A stretch of 64,000 nt of DNA from positions 1,335-65,334 of the forward strand of contig JAIPBJ010000004.1 of NCBI GenBank assembly GCA_021739625.1, written 5' to 3'. Positions 1 to 8,672 of this stretch are shown in pieces (the stretch's first letter is position 1; each line of letters starts with the position of its first letter). This DNA is from Flavobacteriales bacterium. Its GTDB lineage: Bacteria; Bacteroidota; Bacteroidia; UBA10329. The translations under genes were made by a program, and so were the position numbers. The notes beneath the pieces are model-generated. The model did not search any database. It saw nothing but the letters and a program-made list of their open reading frames with translations, and was not told the DNA's origin.

Positions 1-714
1 GCCCGTGTTGTTGAAACAGTAGTTGTATTCGACCAGTGCATGGCGGCAGTTCTCGATCTCGATGCCTGCCACACTTTCATAGACATAGTTGTAGCGCACA
101 TCGATGTTGTCGCACATGCCCATGTAGATGGCGGCATCCTCGATGCCCGAAAGGACGTTGCGCTCAACGAGGCCATTGGTGCCATATTCGGGGAAGATGC
201 CATAGACCCCTGCATCATGCACGCGGTTGTTGCGGATGATGAAGTTGTTGCCCGCTTGGCCCATGATGCCGTTGCCCTTATAGTCCTTGATGACGAAGTT
301 CTCGATGACCATGCCGTTGCCCGAATAGAGGAACCCGTCATTGAGCACTTTCTTGCCGTCCAGCACAGGCCATTCGCCCTTGACGATCACGCCCTGGATG
401 GTGATGTTGTCCTTGTCGATATAGACGGTCTCGTTGTAGGTGCCGGGCCACACCCGGATGAGGTCGCCCGGAACGGCCTTGCGCACGGCATCCTGAATGA
501 CCTGTCCGTTCTTCACCTCATGGATGGTGCCGCTGAAAACACCTTTCTGCGTCCAGTTGCCTGTGCCGCCATCGGCCTGTTGGAAGAAGGTCGGAGGCAG
601 TGCGGGCGGCAGGTCGGCAGGCTTGAAGATGGCCCGGCCAGCAAAGAGCCCAATGGCGAGAAAGACGATGGCCACAAGGACTGCGATGAATTTGGAGGAA
701 CGGATCTTTGACAT
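1..714 (-). CDS. Membrane-anchored right-handed parallel beta-helix repeat protein (NosD-like). N-terminus at 714; C-terminus runs off the window start.
   Basis: Reverse translation begins MSKIRSSKFIAVLVAIVFLAIGLFAG (TM anchor), then repeated G-x-[IV]-x-[IV] beta-helix rungs (IRNNRVHDAGVYGIF, VERNVLSGIEDAAIYM, VRYNYVYESVAGIEIENC). The + strand ORF 40..711 is its antisense shadow. Confidence 0.6.
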   Translation of the reverse strand, partial: MSKIRSSKFIAVLVAIVFLAIGLFAGRAIFKPADLPPALPPTFFQQADGGTGNWTQKGVFSGTIHEVKNGQVIQDAVRKAVPGDLIRVWPGTYNETVYIDKDNITIQGVIVKGEWPVLDGKKVLNDGFLYSGNGMVIENFVIKDYKGNGIMGQAGNNFIIRNNRVHDAGVYGIFPEYGTNGLVERNVLSGIEDAAIYMGMCDNIDVRYNYVYESVAGIEIENCRHALVEYNYCFNNTG

Positions 715-731
715 TGTGATACTATTGGAGG

Positions 732-1979
732 TTATTTGAACTTATCGATACCATCTTCCCAGCCTGTATAGGGCGAACTGCCCGAAGGCAGGCTTTTGGG
801 AATCCGGGGCATTAGACTTTCGTCCGTCAATGTATGAAGAAATTCTACCAGCAGATCGAGGTCGCGGTCGCTGAGTTCCGGTTCCCAGATGTGCCAGTGC
901 AGCTTGAGCTTTTCGCCCTTGGGCACCGCGTGGCCTCTTCCTTCGGTATAGAATTTTGCGGCCTCGCGCAGCGTGGCGAACCGGCCCGAGTGCATATAGG
1001 GAGCTGTCTTGGCGATGTTGCGAAGACTCGGGATCTTGAACGCCCCGCGCTGGTCCGTGTCACCGGTAGGTTTCTGAGCGCCCTGATCGAAGGGCATGCC
1101 ATCGGGGTCGGGCGTGCCTATGACCGCCAGTTCGCGGTTGGTGAACAGCGGTGGCGTGTGGCACTCTGCGCAGCGCGCCACGAACGACCGGAACACGTTG
1201 AGCCCGTCCTGTTCGTTCTGCGTCAATGCGGCATGATGGCCGTGGGCATACTGGTCATATCTGCTGTTGAGCGAGATGAGCGATGTTTCGAAGGCCGAGA
1301 TGGCATGGAGCACCTGGGGCAGTGCGATCCCTTTCGCGCCATCGGGGAATGCTTCGCTGAAAAGGCGCACATACTCTGCATTGCCGTTGAGCGTGGCCAG
1401 CAGCTGTTCGGGCGTGTTGCCCATCTCGTCCGCTGCGAACAGGGGGCCTTGCATCTGTTCCTCCAACGTGGCGGCACGCGCATCCCAGAAGAAACGTTCC
1501 TGGAAGGCGACATTCCAGAGGCTGGGTGCCGATCGGCCCACGGGCAGGCCCAGAACTCCCTCGCTGCGCGCCTTCCCATCGGTGAAACCCTTGTCGGGAC
1601 GGTGGCACGAGGCGCAGCTCAGGCTGCTGTCCTTCGACAGCACAGGGTCGAAGAACAGCAGTCGGCCGAGGTCTATCTGCTGCGGGGCGAAACCGTCACG
1701 CACGGGCGGCAGACCGGTCTTCAGGCCGCCCACGCCCTTGTCCTTCAGCGAGCCGTACTGCTGATAGAGGTTGCGCAATCGGCACACGCCCTCGTCCGTC
1801 AGTTCGAAACCGGGCGGGCAGGCCTCTGCCAGATGGAAGCCTTCCTGTACGGCCTCCGTCCGGCCATCCGGTATGATGGAAGGTGTGGGCGAAGGGCCTT
1901 CATGTCCGCAGCCCATGGCGATGGCCGCTGCAATGGCGACCATGGCCCGGACCGGTGCGGTTCGCAGGCCCGGAATCAC
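732..1979 (-). CDS. Di-haem cytochrome c peroxidase (CCP/MauG family)
   Basis: 415 aa with a signal peptide and two CxxCH haem motifs (CASCHRP, CAECHTPP). Conserved CCP blocks FFDPxLS and GTPDPD are present. Confidence 0.85.
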   Translation of the reverse strand: MIPGLRTAPVRAMVAIAAAIAMGCGHEGPSPTPSIIPDGRTEAVQEGFHLAEACPPGFELTDEGVCRLRNLYQQYGSLKDKGVGGLKTGLPPVRDGFAPQQIDLGRLLFFDPVLSKDSSLSCASCHRPDKGFTDGKARSEGVLGLPVGRSAPSLWNVAFQERFFWDARAATLEEQMQGPLFAADEMGNTPEQLLATLNGNAEYVRLFSEAFPDGAKGIALPQVLHAISAFETSLISLNSRYDQYAHGHHAALTQNEQDGLNVFRSFVARCAECHTPPLFTNRELAVIGTPDPDGMPFDQGAQKPTGDTDQRGAFKIPSLRNIAKTAPYMHSGRFATLREAAKFYTEGRGHAVPKGEKLKLHWHIWEPELSDRDLDLLVEFLHTLTDESLMPRIPKSLPSGSSPYTGWEDGIDKFK

Positions 1980-2674
1980 TTTTGGCCGAGCGAATTGATG
2001 TAGGCCGTCACGTCAAGCACGGTCTGATCATCGGGGATCGCCTTGGCAATGGTGTGCATCTGACCGCCATAGATGTCCTTGGGATGCAGGCCGCGCATGT
2101 CCTTGCGGAAGTTGTCGATCTGGCGCACCATATACCAGTCGTCAGACCCGATGAGCATCGGAGAGTTGAGTGCCTCGTTGCCCGTGGCGCCCGGGCCATG
2201 GCAGGCGTTGCAGATCATGTTGTAATAGTCCTTGCCCTTGTCGATGTTGCCGGTAATGGTGGCCACGGGCCTCATCCCATTGCCCGGCAGGGTCTTGATG
2301 TAGGCCACCACGGCCTTCACCGCCTCTTCGTTGGCGAGGGTCTTTGACATTGGGGCCATCTGTGCGCCATAGGTGTCGTTCGGATGCGCGCCCCTGAAAT
2401 CGGCCCTGAAGTTGTTCAGCTGCCTTTCGAGGTACCAGGGCTCCTGATGCGCCAGTGCGGGCGCGTTCATCGCCTTCATGCCCTCGGCATTCTGCCCGTG
2501 GCAGGCCGCGCAGGTAGGATAGAGGCCCTTGCCCTGTGCCGCCAGGGCACTGTTGTCGGCAGGGGCCGCCACAGGGGCAGGGGCGGGGTCGGTGGTGGCC
2601 GTGTCGGTCGGGCCGCACGAGGCGAGCATGACGAGGGCAAGCGGAACGATGGCAGAGAGGGTGTGCAGTTTCAT
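1976..2674 (-). CDS. Di-haem c-type cytochrome lipoprotein (cytochrome c4/c553-like)
   Basis: 232 aa with a signal peptide and lipobox (LASCG), an Ala/Pro-rich linker, and two CxxCH motifs (CAACHG, CNACHG). It overlaps the CCP start by 4 bp, so the two are likely co-transcribed. Confidence 0.8.
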   Translation of the reverse strand: MKLHTLSAIVPLALVMLASCGPTDTATTDPAPAPVAAPADNSALAAQGKGLYPTCAACHGQNAEGMKAMNAPALAHQEPWYLERQLNNFRADFRGAHPNDTYGAQMAPMSKTLANEEAVKAVVAYIKTLPGNGMRPVATITGNIDKGKDYYNMICNACHGPGATGNEALNSPMLIGSDDWYMVRQIDNFRKDMRGLHPKDIYGGQMHTIAKAIPDDQTVLDVTAYINSLGQK

Positions 2675-2791
2675 TCGGGCGCTGATGTTGATGGTTGACA
2701 GGGTTGCATTTGCTGGGCAAAGGTGCTCAAGCGGGCGGGATAAACCAGCAGTTATCGAACAAATCTGAAGAAAGACGGTCGGCCGTCTGCA

Positions 2792-3535
2792 TCAGCCTCC
2801 GGTGCCGAAGGCGGCCAGCCCGTCCAGCCCTATGCGGTGCTCATAGAGCGCCTTGCCTATGATGGCCCCGTCCACGCCCAGGTCGCGCAACAGGTGCAGC
2901 TCCGCGATGTCGGTCACGCCCCCGCTGGCAATGAGCCGCAGCGCGGGGAAACGCTGCATCAGCCTTTCATACAGCGCAACGGAACTGCCCTGAAGCAGCC
3001 CGTCCCTGCCTATGTCGGTACACACCACATAGAGCAGCCCATGGGCACGATGGTCGGCAATGAGGTCGAACACGTTGACGGCCGTGCCCTCGAGCCAGCC
3101 GCTCACGGCCACGTGCTCGCCCCGCACATCGGCACTCAGGATGATGCGCTCCGGGCCATACTTCGCCAGCCAATGGAGGAACAGCGTGCGGTCGTTCACC
3201 GCTGCGCTGCCCACATTCACCTGCGTGGCACCTGCTGCCAGCGCGGTGTCGATGTCGGCATCGGTGCGTATGCCGCCCCCGAAGTCGATGGTCAGCGAGG
3301 TGTGCTGCGCAATGGTCTCCAGCACCTTGGCGTTCACCACGCGCCTGGCCTTGGCCCCGTCAAGGTCCACAAGGTGGAGGTGGCGCAGGCCGCTGTCCTC
3401 GAACATGCGGGCCACTGCCAGCGGGTCCTCGTTATAGACCTTCTTCTGGGCATAGTCGCCCTGCGTCAGGCGCACACACTTGCCGTCAATGATGTCGATG
3501 GCGGGGATGATGCGGAAGGGGCGGGGGGCGGTCAT
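2792..3535 (-). CDS. hisA: 1-(5-phosphoribosyl)-5-[(5-phosphoribosylamino)methylideneamino]imidazole-4-carboxamide isomerase
   Basis: 247 aa with a clear HisA/TIM-barrel signature (IIPAIDIIDGKCVRL ... GGGIR ... SGGV..). Confidence 0.9.
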   Translation of the reverse strand: MTAPRPFRIIPAIDIIDGKCVRLTQGDYAQKKVYNEDPLAVARMFEDSGLRHLHLVDLDGAKARRVVNAKVLETIAQHTSLTIDFGGGIRTDADIDTALAAGATQVNVGSAAVNDRTLFLHWLAKYGPERIILSADVRGEHVAVSGWLEGTAVNVFDLIADHRAHGLLYVVCTDIGRDGLLQGSSVALYERLMQRFPALRLIASGGVTDIAELHLLRDLGVDGAIIGKALYEHRIGLDGLAAFGTGG

Positions 3536-3548
3536 GGGGCGCGAAGGG
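3481..3548. repeat. 68-bp direct repeat, copy 1. It covers 13 nt upstream plus the first 18 codons of hisA.
   Basis: ttgccgtcaatgatgtcgatggcgggga..gcggaaggggcggggggcggtcatggggcgcgaagg matches 4284..4351 with 2 mismatches. Confidence 0.9.
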
Positions 3549-3645
3549 CGTGAACGGGGGGCGGATGGGGTGCGGCTTTTCCAGATAAAACGAAAGCCCC
3601 GCCTTGGTGGGGCGGGGCTTTAGATATGGGGTGTCCGGAATCCGG

Positions 3646-3918
3646 TCAGAGGATCTTCATCAGCGATACGGTGATGGCAATGCTTGCTGCCACCATGGCC
3701 CCCAGCTTGATGATGATGCGCTGCTCCATCTCCTTCAGGTCGCGCTTCAGTTCCATCACATCTTCTTTTGTGGACAGGCGTTGCTCTATGATCTCTGCAA
3801 GCGCCTCGGCCTGAATCTCGGCCTGGGCCTCTGTGAAACCTGCTCCTTTCAGTTTTTTGGCGTAGGCCAGAGTGTCGAAGAGTACTGCGCTGTGCATCAT
3901 TTCCGTGTTTGACATCAA
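3646..3918 (-). CDS. DUF1640-like coiled-coil protein with C-terminal TM helix
   Basis: 90 aa. The N-terminus (FDTLAYAKKLKGAGFTEAQAEIQAEALAE) matches the DUF1640 family pattern, and the C-terminus is hydrophobic. Confidence 0.5.
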   Translation of the reverse strand: MMSNTEMMHSAVLFDTLAYAKKLKGAGFTEAQAEIQAEALAEIIEQRLSTKEDVMELKRDLKEMEQRIIIKLGAMVAASIAITVSLMKIL

Positions 3919-4024
3919 AGGTAAAGGCTTTTTCCGCTTGCCTTTAAACGGGGCGACCTATAAGCTCACCCGTCCATGGAGCTCGTCCCGGTCATAGTTC
4001 AGGATGTTGGTATCGAGCAGCAGA

Positions 4025-4267
4025 CTATTCATCTCTCAGATTGCGCTGATAGTCCACCGGATCCCCTTCAAAAGAGACCTTTCCGAAGAACCGGTCCCAC
4101 CTGATCTTTCTGCGTTTGGTCTTTTTGTTCAACAGCTCAAGCATCTGTTGGCGCAGCCCGTTGTCTTTGTGGGCAGTGAGGACGAGTGTCATGGGTGTGG
4201 TCTTTTGCGGTTCAAAGATACTGAACCCCTTGCACGGGGCAGTTGCAGATAGAGAGACGCCACGCAT
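4025..4267 (-). CDS. Small antitoxin-like protein (DUF2281-like C-terminus). The start may be the internal Met (MTLV...).
   Basis: The C-terminal ...FFGKVSFEGDPVDYQRNLRDEW resembles antitoxin-like DUF2281 tails. No cognate toxin gene is adjacent. Confidence 0.3.
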   Translation of the reverse strand: MRGVSLSATAPCKGFSIFEPQKTTPMTLVLTAHKDNGLRQQMLELLNKKTKRRKIRWDRFFGKVSFEGDPVDYQRNLRDE

Positions 4268-4338
4268 GGTGTCTCTAAGGTGATGGGGTGGGGTTTGCCG
4301 TCAATGATGTCGATGGCGGGGACGGTGCGGAAGGGGCG
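4198..4338 (-). pseudogene. hisA' 5' fragment: ATG plus 18 hisA codons fused to unrelated sequence (46 codons)
   Basis: It lies inside repeat copy 2. The translation MTAPRPFRTVPAIDIIDGK then diverges. Confidence 0.55.
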
Positions 4339-4351
4339 GGGGGCGGTCATG
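4284..4351. repeat. 68-bp direct repeat, copy 2
   Basis: See copy 1 at 3481..3548. Confidence 0.9.
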
Positions 4352-4554
4352 GGGCGCGAAGGTCGGGACTGCCCCGCATCGTCCGCCTTACAGCTTTGTC
4401 AAACTTCGGAAGTTTGATAAAGCTCGGTCATAAATCTGCGGATGTGCTTGCTCAGCATTGTCGATGTGGGGAGTGTGCCTGTTGACATCATGGAGTTCGT
4501 TCTGAAAACGATGCTTTTCCGGTTATGAGGCACAATGTAGCACCTGATGCGGTA

Positions 4555-4686
4555 CGTTGTGCCACATGGTGTGGCAGGTTGTGCCACATGGTGTGGCAGG
4601 TTGTGCCACATGGTGTGGCAAGTTATGCCACATGATGCGGTACGCTGTGCCACATGGCGTGGCACGTTGTGCCACATAATCGGGGG
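4555..4686. repeat. Tandem array of about six 22-bp units GTTGTGCCACATGGTGTGGCAG. Each unit contains a 17-bp perfect palindrome TGCCACA-TGG-TGTGGCA (iteron or operator-like).
   Basis: Units start at 4555, 4577 and 4599 (near-identical), 4621 and 4643 (degenerate), and 4665 (partial). A degenerate copy precedes at 4533. Confidence 0.9.
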
Positions 4687-4889
4687 CATGCCCACTTTCG
4701 TTTGGCGGTCTTCAAGGTCACAGAGGTGTGGTGGGGTTCTCACCTACTGGCCCACCTTGCTGTTGCGCGAAACGCTCGCCCTCTACCGCGTTCGGAGAAT
4801 GTGTGTAGGTTTGGAAGCCGATCTGGAAATCTCCCCTTTATTCGGTGGGGGAGGGAGATTCAGTACACACGTGTGTTAGGCGTAATTGT

Positions 4890-5282
4890 ATGAGAGCAGA
4901 AATACTATATGTTGAATTGAAGCAAGGACACTCTGGGCCTGCTTGGATTGGTTATGGTCAATATTCCAAATCAGGACAGACCGTATATTTTGATGGTAAG
5001 GTTTTGAAAAAGGGACAAGGAGTAATTGGCAATCACTTCAACATTGAAAACGGTGACGAGTACTGGGTTTCTGGAGTAAAGAAGAATGGGGAAGACAGAC
5101 ATTGGGCGGGTTCCGGCAAAGTGCATATAGACAAATCTGCGGTTGACGACTATCTGAGAATAATCGGTCAGAATGCCCTGCCAAAAAACAGATTCATTCT
5201 TGTCGACCTTAACAACATTCCAAACAAGGAGCTGTCGAGAGAAATCGAGAATAGCAAGTTGACCGAAGAGTTCTCTCGATAG
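4890..5282 (+). CDS. Hypothetical protein, AT-rich, likely horizontally acquired
   Basis: 130 aa from MRAEILYVELKQ. Two sampled 60-nt lines give about 47% and 37% G+C, against about 65-70% in the flanks. I recognise no domain. Confidence 0.45.
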   Translation: MRAEILYVELKQGHSGPAWIGYGQYSKSGQTVYFDGKVLKKGQGVIGNHFNIENGDEYWVSGVKKNGEDRHWAGSGKVHIDKSAVDDYLRIIGQNALPKNRFILVDLNNIPNKELSREIENSKLTEEFSR

Positions 5283-5322
5283 AGAACCCCTCTAAGAAAG
5301 ACTCCTCCAGCGCCATCGCGCC

Positions 5323-6516
5323 TCACTCCCTCACCTTCACCACCCTTGCGGTTGCGCCATTGTGCAGGCGCAGCAGATAGATGCCTTCGGGCAGGGCGGT
5401 GATGTCGAGGGTGTTCTGCCCTGCGGGGGCGGTGCCCTGCATCAGGGTGCGGCCCGTCAGGTCGGTGAGGGTGAAGGCCCCGCCCGTCCTTTCCTCAAAG
5501 CGCAGCAGGCCAGTGGTGGGGTTGGGGTTTAATATGATGCGTTCTGAACCGCTCCGCTCGTAAATATCAAGTGCCTGTTCCTTAGCGATTCTATGCACTG
5601 GGCCGACATCACCACCCCAGTTTCCAACGAGAATGTGGTCTGCTGTTTCATGGAAACAGGTTATTCCATGACCACCAACAGGATCATATCCACTCGTGAA
5701 ATTGACCCAATTGGCCCCTTGGTCGGTGGAGAGATAAATGCGCTCGCCCCCTATCAGAACTGATGATTGCATACACAATAGCGATGCAGCAACAGGGTGA
5801 GAACCACCTGGGAATGCAAGCGAGGACAGGACGTTCCAGTTCAATCCATCATCGGTGGACTCTCTCAAGGTATGCCCTGCGCCACCCCATTCATATGACC
5901 CCATGTACAATTTGACCCCATCGGTAACAATTTCACGCACGCGCAATGAATCACCACCTCCCAATATGGGAATCCAAGTCTGCGCAAGATCGGTGGATCT
6001 AAACGCTCCATTGTTAGTTCCAGCAAACAGGTAACCGCCTTTGCCAATGACAGTCCAAACAACATTTGGCAGCGTCCCAGATGTTTGCGCCCAAGAGTCT
6101 CCGTTGTTGCTTGACACGAGAACACCACTGCCATCGGTCGAGGCAAAAACATCGCCTCCGATATTGGAGAATCCAGTCACCTTATTCCCAACGTTGTGCG
6201 TTAGATTCCAAGTCTGCCCATCATCATCCGAGCCGTATATGCCAATGGCGGTTCCTGCGAACAGTCTTTCAGTGCCCCTTCCAAAACTGAAGATGATGGA
6301 GTCTGATGTCAGGAAACCTTGACCAAAAGGAGTCCAAGACAGACCGATGTCGTCAGATCTGTAAACTCCATTGGATGTGCCGACAAGTATGCCTTCGGTC
6401 ACGTCCGTAAAGCAGCCGGCTGATACCGCACTAAATCCATTGCTGCTGGATTCCCATTGGGCCCGAGCTGCTATCGGGCCGCATAGAAGGATGATAAAAA
6501 AGAACAGTTGTTTCAT
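5323..6516 (-). CDS. Secreted beta-propeller (BNR/Ycf48-like repeat) protein with T9SS C-terminal sorting domain
   Basis: Signal peptide; repeated S/T-x-D-x-G-x-[ST]-W motifs; C-terminus ...GIYLLRLHNGATARVVKVRE is typical of a type A Por CTD. Confidence 0.7.
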   Translation of the reverse strand: MKQLFFFIILLCGPIAARAQWESSSNGFSAVSAGCFTDVTEGILVGTSNGVYRSDDIGLSWTPFGQGFLTSDSIIFSFGRGTERLFAGTAIGIYGSDDDGQTWNLTHNVGNKVTGFSNIGGDVFASTDGSGVLVSSNNGDSWAQTSGTLPNVVWTVIGKGGYLFAGTNNGAFRSTDLAQTWIPILGGGDSLRVREIVTDGVKLYMGSYEWGGAGHTLRESTDDGLNWNVLSSLAFPGGSHPVAASLLCMQSSVLIGGERIYLSTDQGANWVNFTSGYDPVGGHGITCFHETADHILVGNWGGDVGPVHRIAKEQALDIYERSGSERIILNPNPTTGLLRFEERTGGAFTLTDLTGRTLMQGTAPAGQNTLDITALPEGIYLLRLHNGATARVVKVRE

Positions 6517-6543
6517 GGTTCCCGTTTTTTCAATGTGAATGAT

Positions 6544-6733
6544 TCACTCCCCCACCTTCACCACTTCGCGGGCCGAGGCCGCCTGCGGATGCTGCTGCAA
6601 CCAGCGTTGCAGGTCGTTCTCCAACTGTTCGGCCATGCCCTCTGCGGGCAGTCCGAGCTGGCTGATGCAGATGTGCTGCGCATGGCCCCCAAAGGCCACA
6701 AAGCATAGCAGAAGGGAGGGTAGAAGTTGTTTC
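6544..6733 (-). CDS. Small secreted hypothetical protein
   Basis: MKQLLPSLLLCFVAFGGHAQ signal peptide, 28 bp upstream of the BNR gene. Confidence 0.3.
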
Positions 6734-6888
6734 ATAATGCAAGTTTCCACATTCGGGATGGGGTGTGCAAACCAACTTTCACCCTATTATTACAGTTCTA
6801 ACACCGCTTCTGAACGCTTAATGGATAGTTTATCAGTCCTTTAGCAACTTCCCGAACGGCATTTACCACTTGTCATTTCGTACCGGGA

Positions 6889-7128
6889 ATGGGTATGATA
6901 TCCGAACTTCCTGCCCTTTCGGTCGTTCCTTTGCACCCCATGGCCCCGATGGACGACCCTTATAGCAGCCCACCGCTCGATCCCGAAGACTTCTACCGTT
7001 CAGCGGAAGGCTACATCATCTTCACCGAAAAATATCTTCTCAAAAGGGGCTACTGCTGCAAGAACGGCTGCAAGCACTGCCCCTATGGCTTTGACCGCAA
7101 GGCGGGCCGCATCGTGCCGAAAAAGTAG
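6889..7128 (+). CDS. DUF5522-like Cys-rich small protein
   Basis: YLLKRGYCCKNGCKHCPYG motif. Confidence 0.5.
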   Translation: MGMISELPALSVVPLHPMAPMDDPYSSPPLDPEDFYRSAEGYIIFTEKYLLKRGYCCKNGCKHCPYGFDRKAGRIVPKK

Positions 7129-7177
7129 GCGCAGCGCACCGCCATCGCTCCTAACTTGCGCGTCCCATCTCCTGTCC

Positions 7178-8353
7178 ATGCGTTTTATCACGGCCGACCT
7201 TGTCTGTCCCATCTCATCCGCCCCGTTGACAGGCGGTGTGGTCGTGGTGCATCCCGATGGCCGCATTGCCGATGTGCTTCCTTCCGATTCTGCGCACCTG
7301 CCCGATGCCACGGCAACGGAAAGGCACAGCGGCATCATCTGCCCCGCGTTCGTCAACGCCCACTGCCACCTCGAACTCTCGCACATGAAGGGCCTGCTGC
7401 CCGAAGGCACCGGGCTTGACGATTTCATCGGGGGCATTGTGGCCCAGCGCGATGCCGCCCACGAGGCCATCAGTGCCGCCATGGCCCATGCCGATGCCGC
7501 CATGTGGCAGGCGGGCATCCAGGCCGTGGGCGACATCTGCAACACCTCCGATAGCATCGCGGTCAAGCGCAGCAGCCGCATACGCTACCATTCCTTCATC
7601 GAGCTGATGGGCATTTCGCCCGAACGCGCCCTGTCGGTCTTCGGACGCGGCACAGGGCTCCGCGATGAATACGCTGAGGCAGGGCTTGCGGCCACCATCG
7701 TGCCCCACGCGCCCTACTCGGTGTCGCAGCCGCTCTTCGGGCTCATTGCCAGCGCGGGCGGGGCCGTTTCCATGCACAGTCAGGAGACTGCCAGCGAGGA
7801 CCTGATGTTCGTTTCGGGCACAGGGGCCCTGTTGGAAAGGCTGCGTTCGCTCGGCATCCCGATGGAAGGCTTCACCCCCTCGGGCCAAAGCTCGCTGCGC
7901 ACGGTGCTACCGTTGTTGGCCGACTCACCAAGGATCATACTGGTACACAACTCCTTCACCGCCCAAGAGGAGATGCATTGGGCCAACGGGCAGCACCGGG
8001 GGCTGTTCTGGTGTGCCTGCCCAACGGCCAACCGCTACATCGAAAAAAGAATTCCGAAGGTGGACGATTGGCTGCGCAACGGGGCGCAGGTGTGCATCGG
8101 CACCGACAGCCTCGCATCCAACCACCGGCTCTCCATACTTGACGAGATGAAGCTGCTGGCCTGTCATTGCCCGTCCATCCCGTTCGAGGACCTGCTGCGC
8201 ATGGCGACCATCAACGGAGCCATGGCCCTGGGCATGGAAAAAGGAACGGGCACCCTGGAGCGGTCCAAGATGCCCGGTGTGCTGCTGTTGGGGAACATCG
8301 ATGCGGAGAGACCGGCAATGACCGACCGTATAACAGTGACCCGGTTGGTCTGA
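7178..8353 (+). CDS. Amidohydrolase family metal-dependent hydrolase (deaminase/chlorohydrolase-like)
   Basis: Start at MRFITADL. HxH metal motif VNAHCHLELSHM, a late HAPYS block, and D in ...GTDSLASN. Confidence 0.8.
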   Translation: MRFITADLVCPISSAPLTGGVVVVHPDGRIADVLPSDSAHLPDATATERHSGIICPAFVNAHCHLELSHMKGLLPEGTGLDDFIGGIVAQRDAAHEAISAAMAHADAAMWQAGIQAVGDICNTSDSIAVKRSSRIRYHSFIELMGISPERALSVFGRGTGLRDEYAEAGLAATIVPHAPYSVSQPLFGLIASAGGAVSMHSQETASEDLMFVSGTGALLERLRSLGIPMEGFTPSGQSSLRTVLPLLADSPRIILVHNSFTAQEEMHWANGQHRGLFWCACPTANRYIEKRIPKVDDWLRNGAQVCIGTDSLASNHRLSILDEMKLLACHCPSIPFEDLLRMATINGAMALGMEKGTGTLERSKMPGVLLLGNIDAERPAMTDRITVTRLV

Positions 8354-8429
8354 ATCAGTGATCGCTGCCGCCCCACGATTTCACCAAGAGGCCCTCGGCA
8401 ACATGCCCGTACCGTTCAAGGATCACGGT

Positions 8430-8672
8430 TCAGGCAGCGATACCGCGGAAGAGTGACTTTTCGAAGTTGATGAGCGCCTGCTGAATCGCAGAGGCCTCTG
8501 CTGCATCAAAGTACTTCTCGCCACACTGGGTGCAGACATGTGCCGGTACTTTTTCAACAAACAGATGATACCCCTTGCGGTTCACTGTGTATGGGATCAG
8601 CGTCTTCTCCAACGCACCATTGCAGAGCATGCACTTCATTGGGTCTTTCTGGTCTTCAGGTCTTTCTCCCAT
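8430..8672 (-). CDS. YgiT-type zinc-finger protein (MqsA-like antitoxin family)
   Basis: MKCMLCNG...CTQCGE CxxC pairs; 80 aa. Confidence 0.7.
   Translation of the reverse strand: MGERPEDQKDPMKCMLCNGALEKTLIPYTVNRKGYHLFVEKVPAHVCTQCGEKYFDAAEASAIQQALINFEKSLFRGIAA

Noticed and set aside
40-711. 223-aa + strand ORF (Ala/Val/Asp-rich)
   Set aside because: This is the antisense shadow of the minus-strand beta-helix gene, with a GC-rich third-position artefact. It has no start context or motifs.
834-2003. 389-aa + strand ORF
   Set aside because: It lies antisense to the cytochrome c peroxidase gene and has low-complexity Arg/Ala-rich composition.
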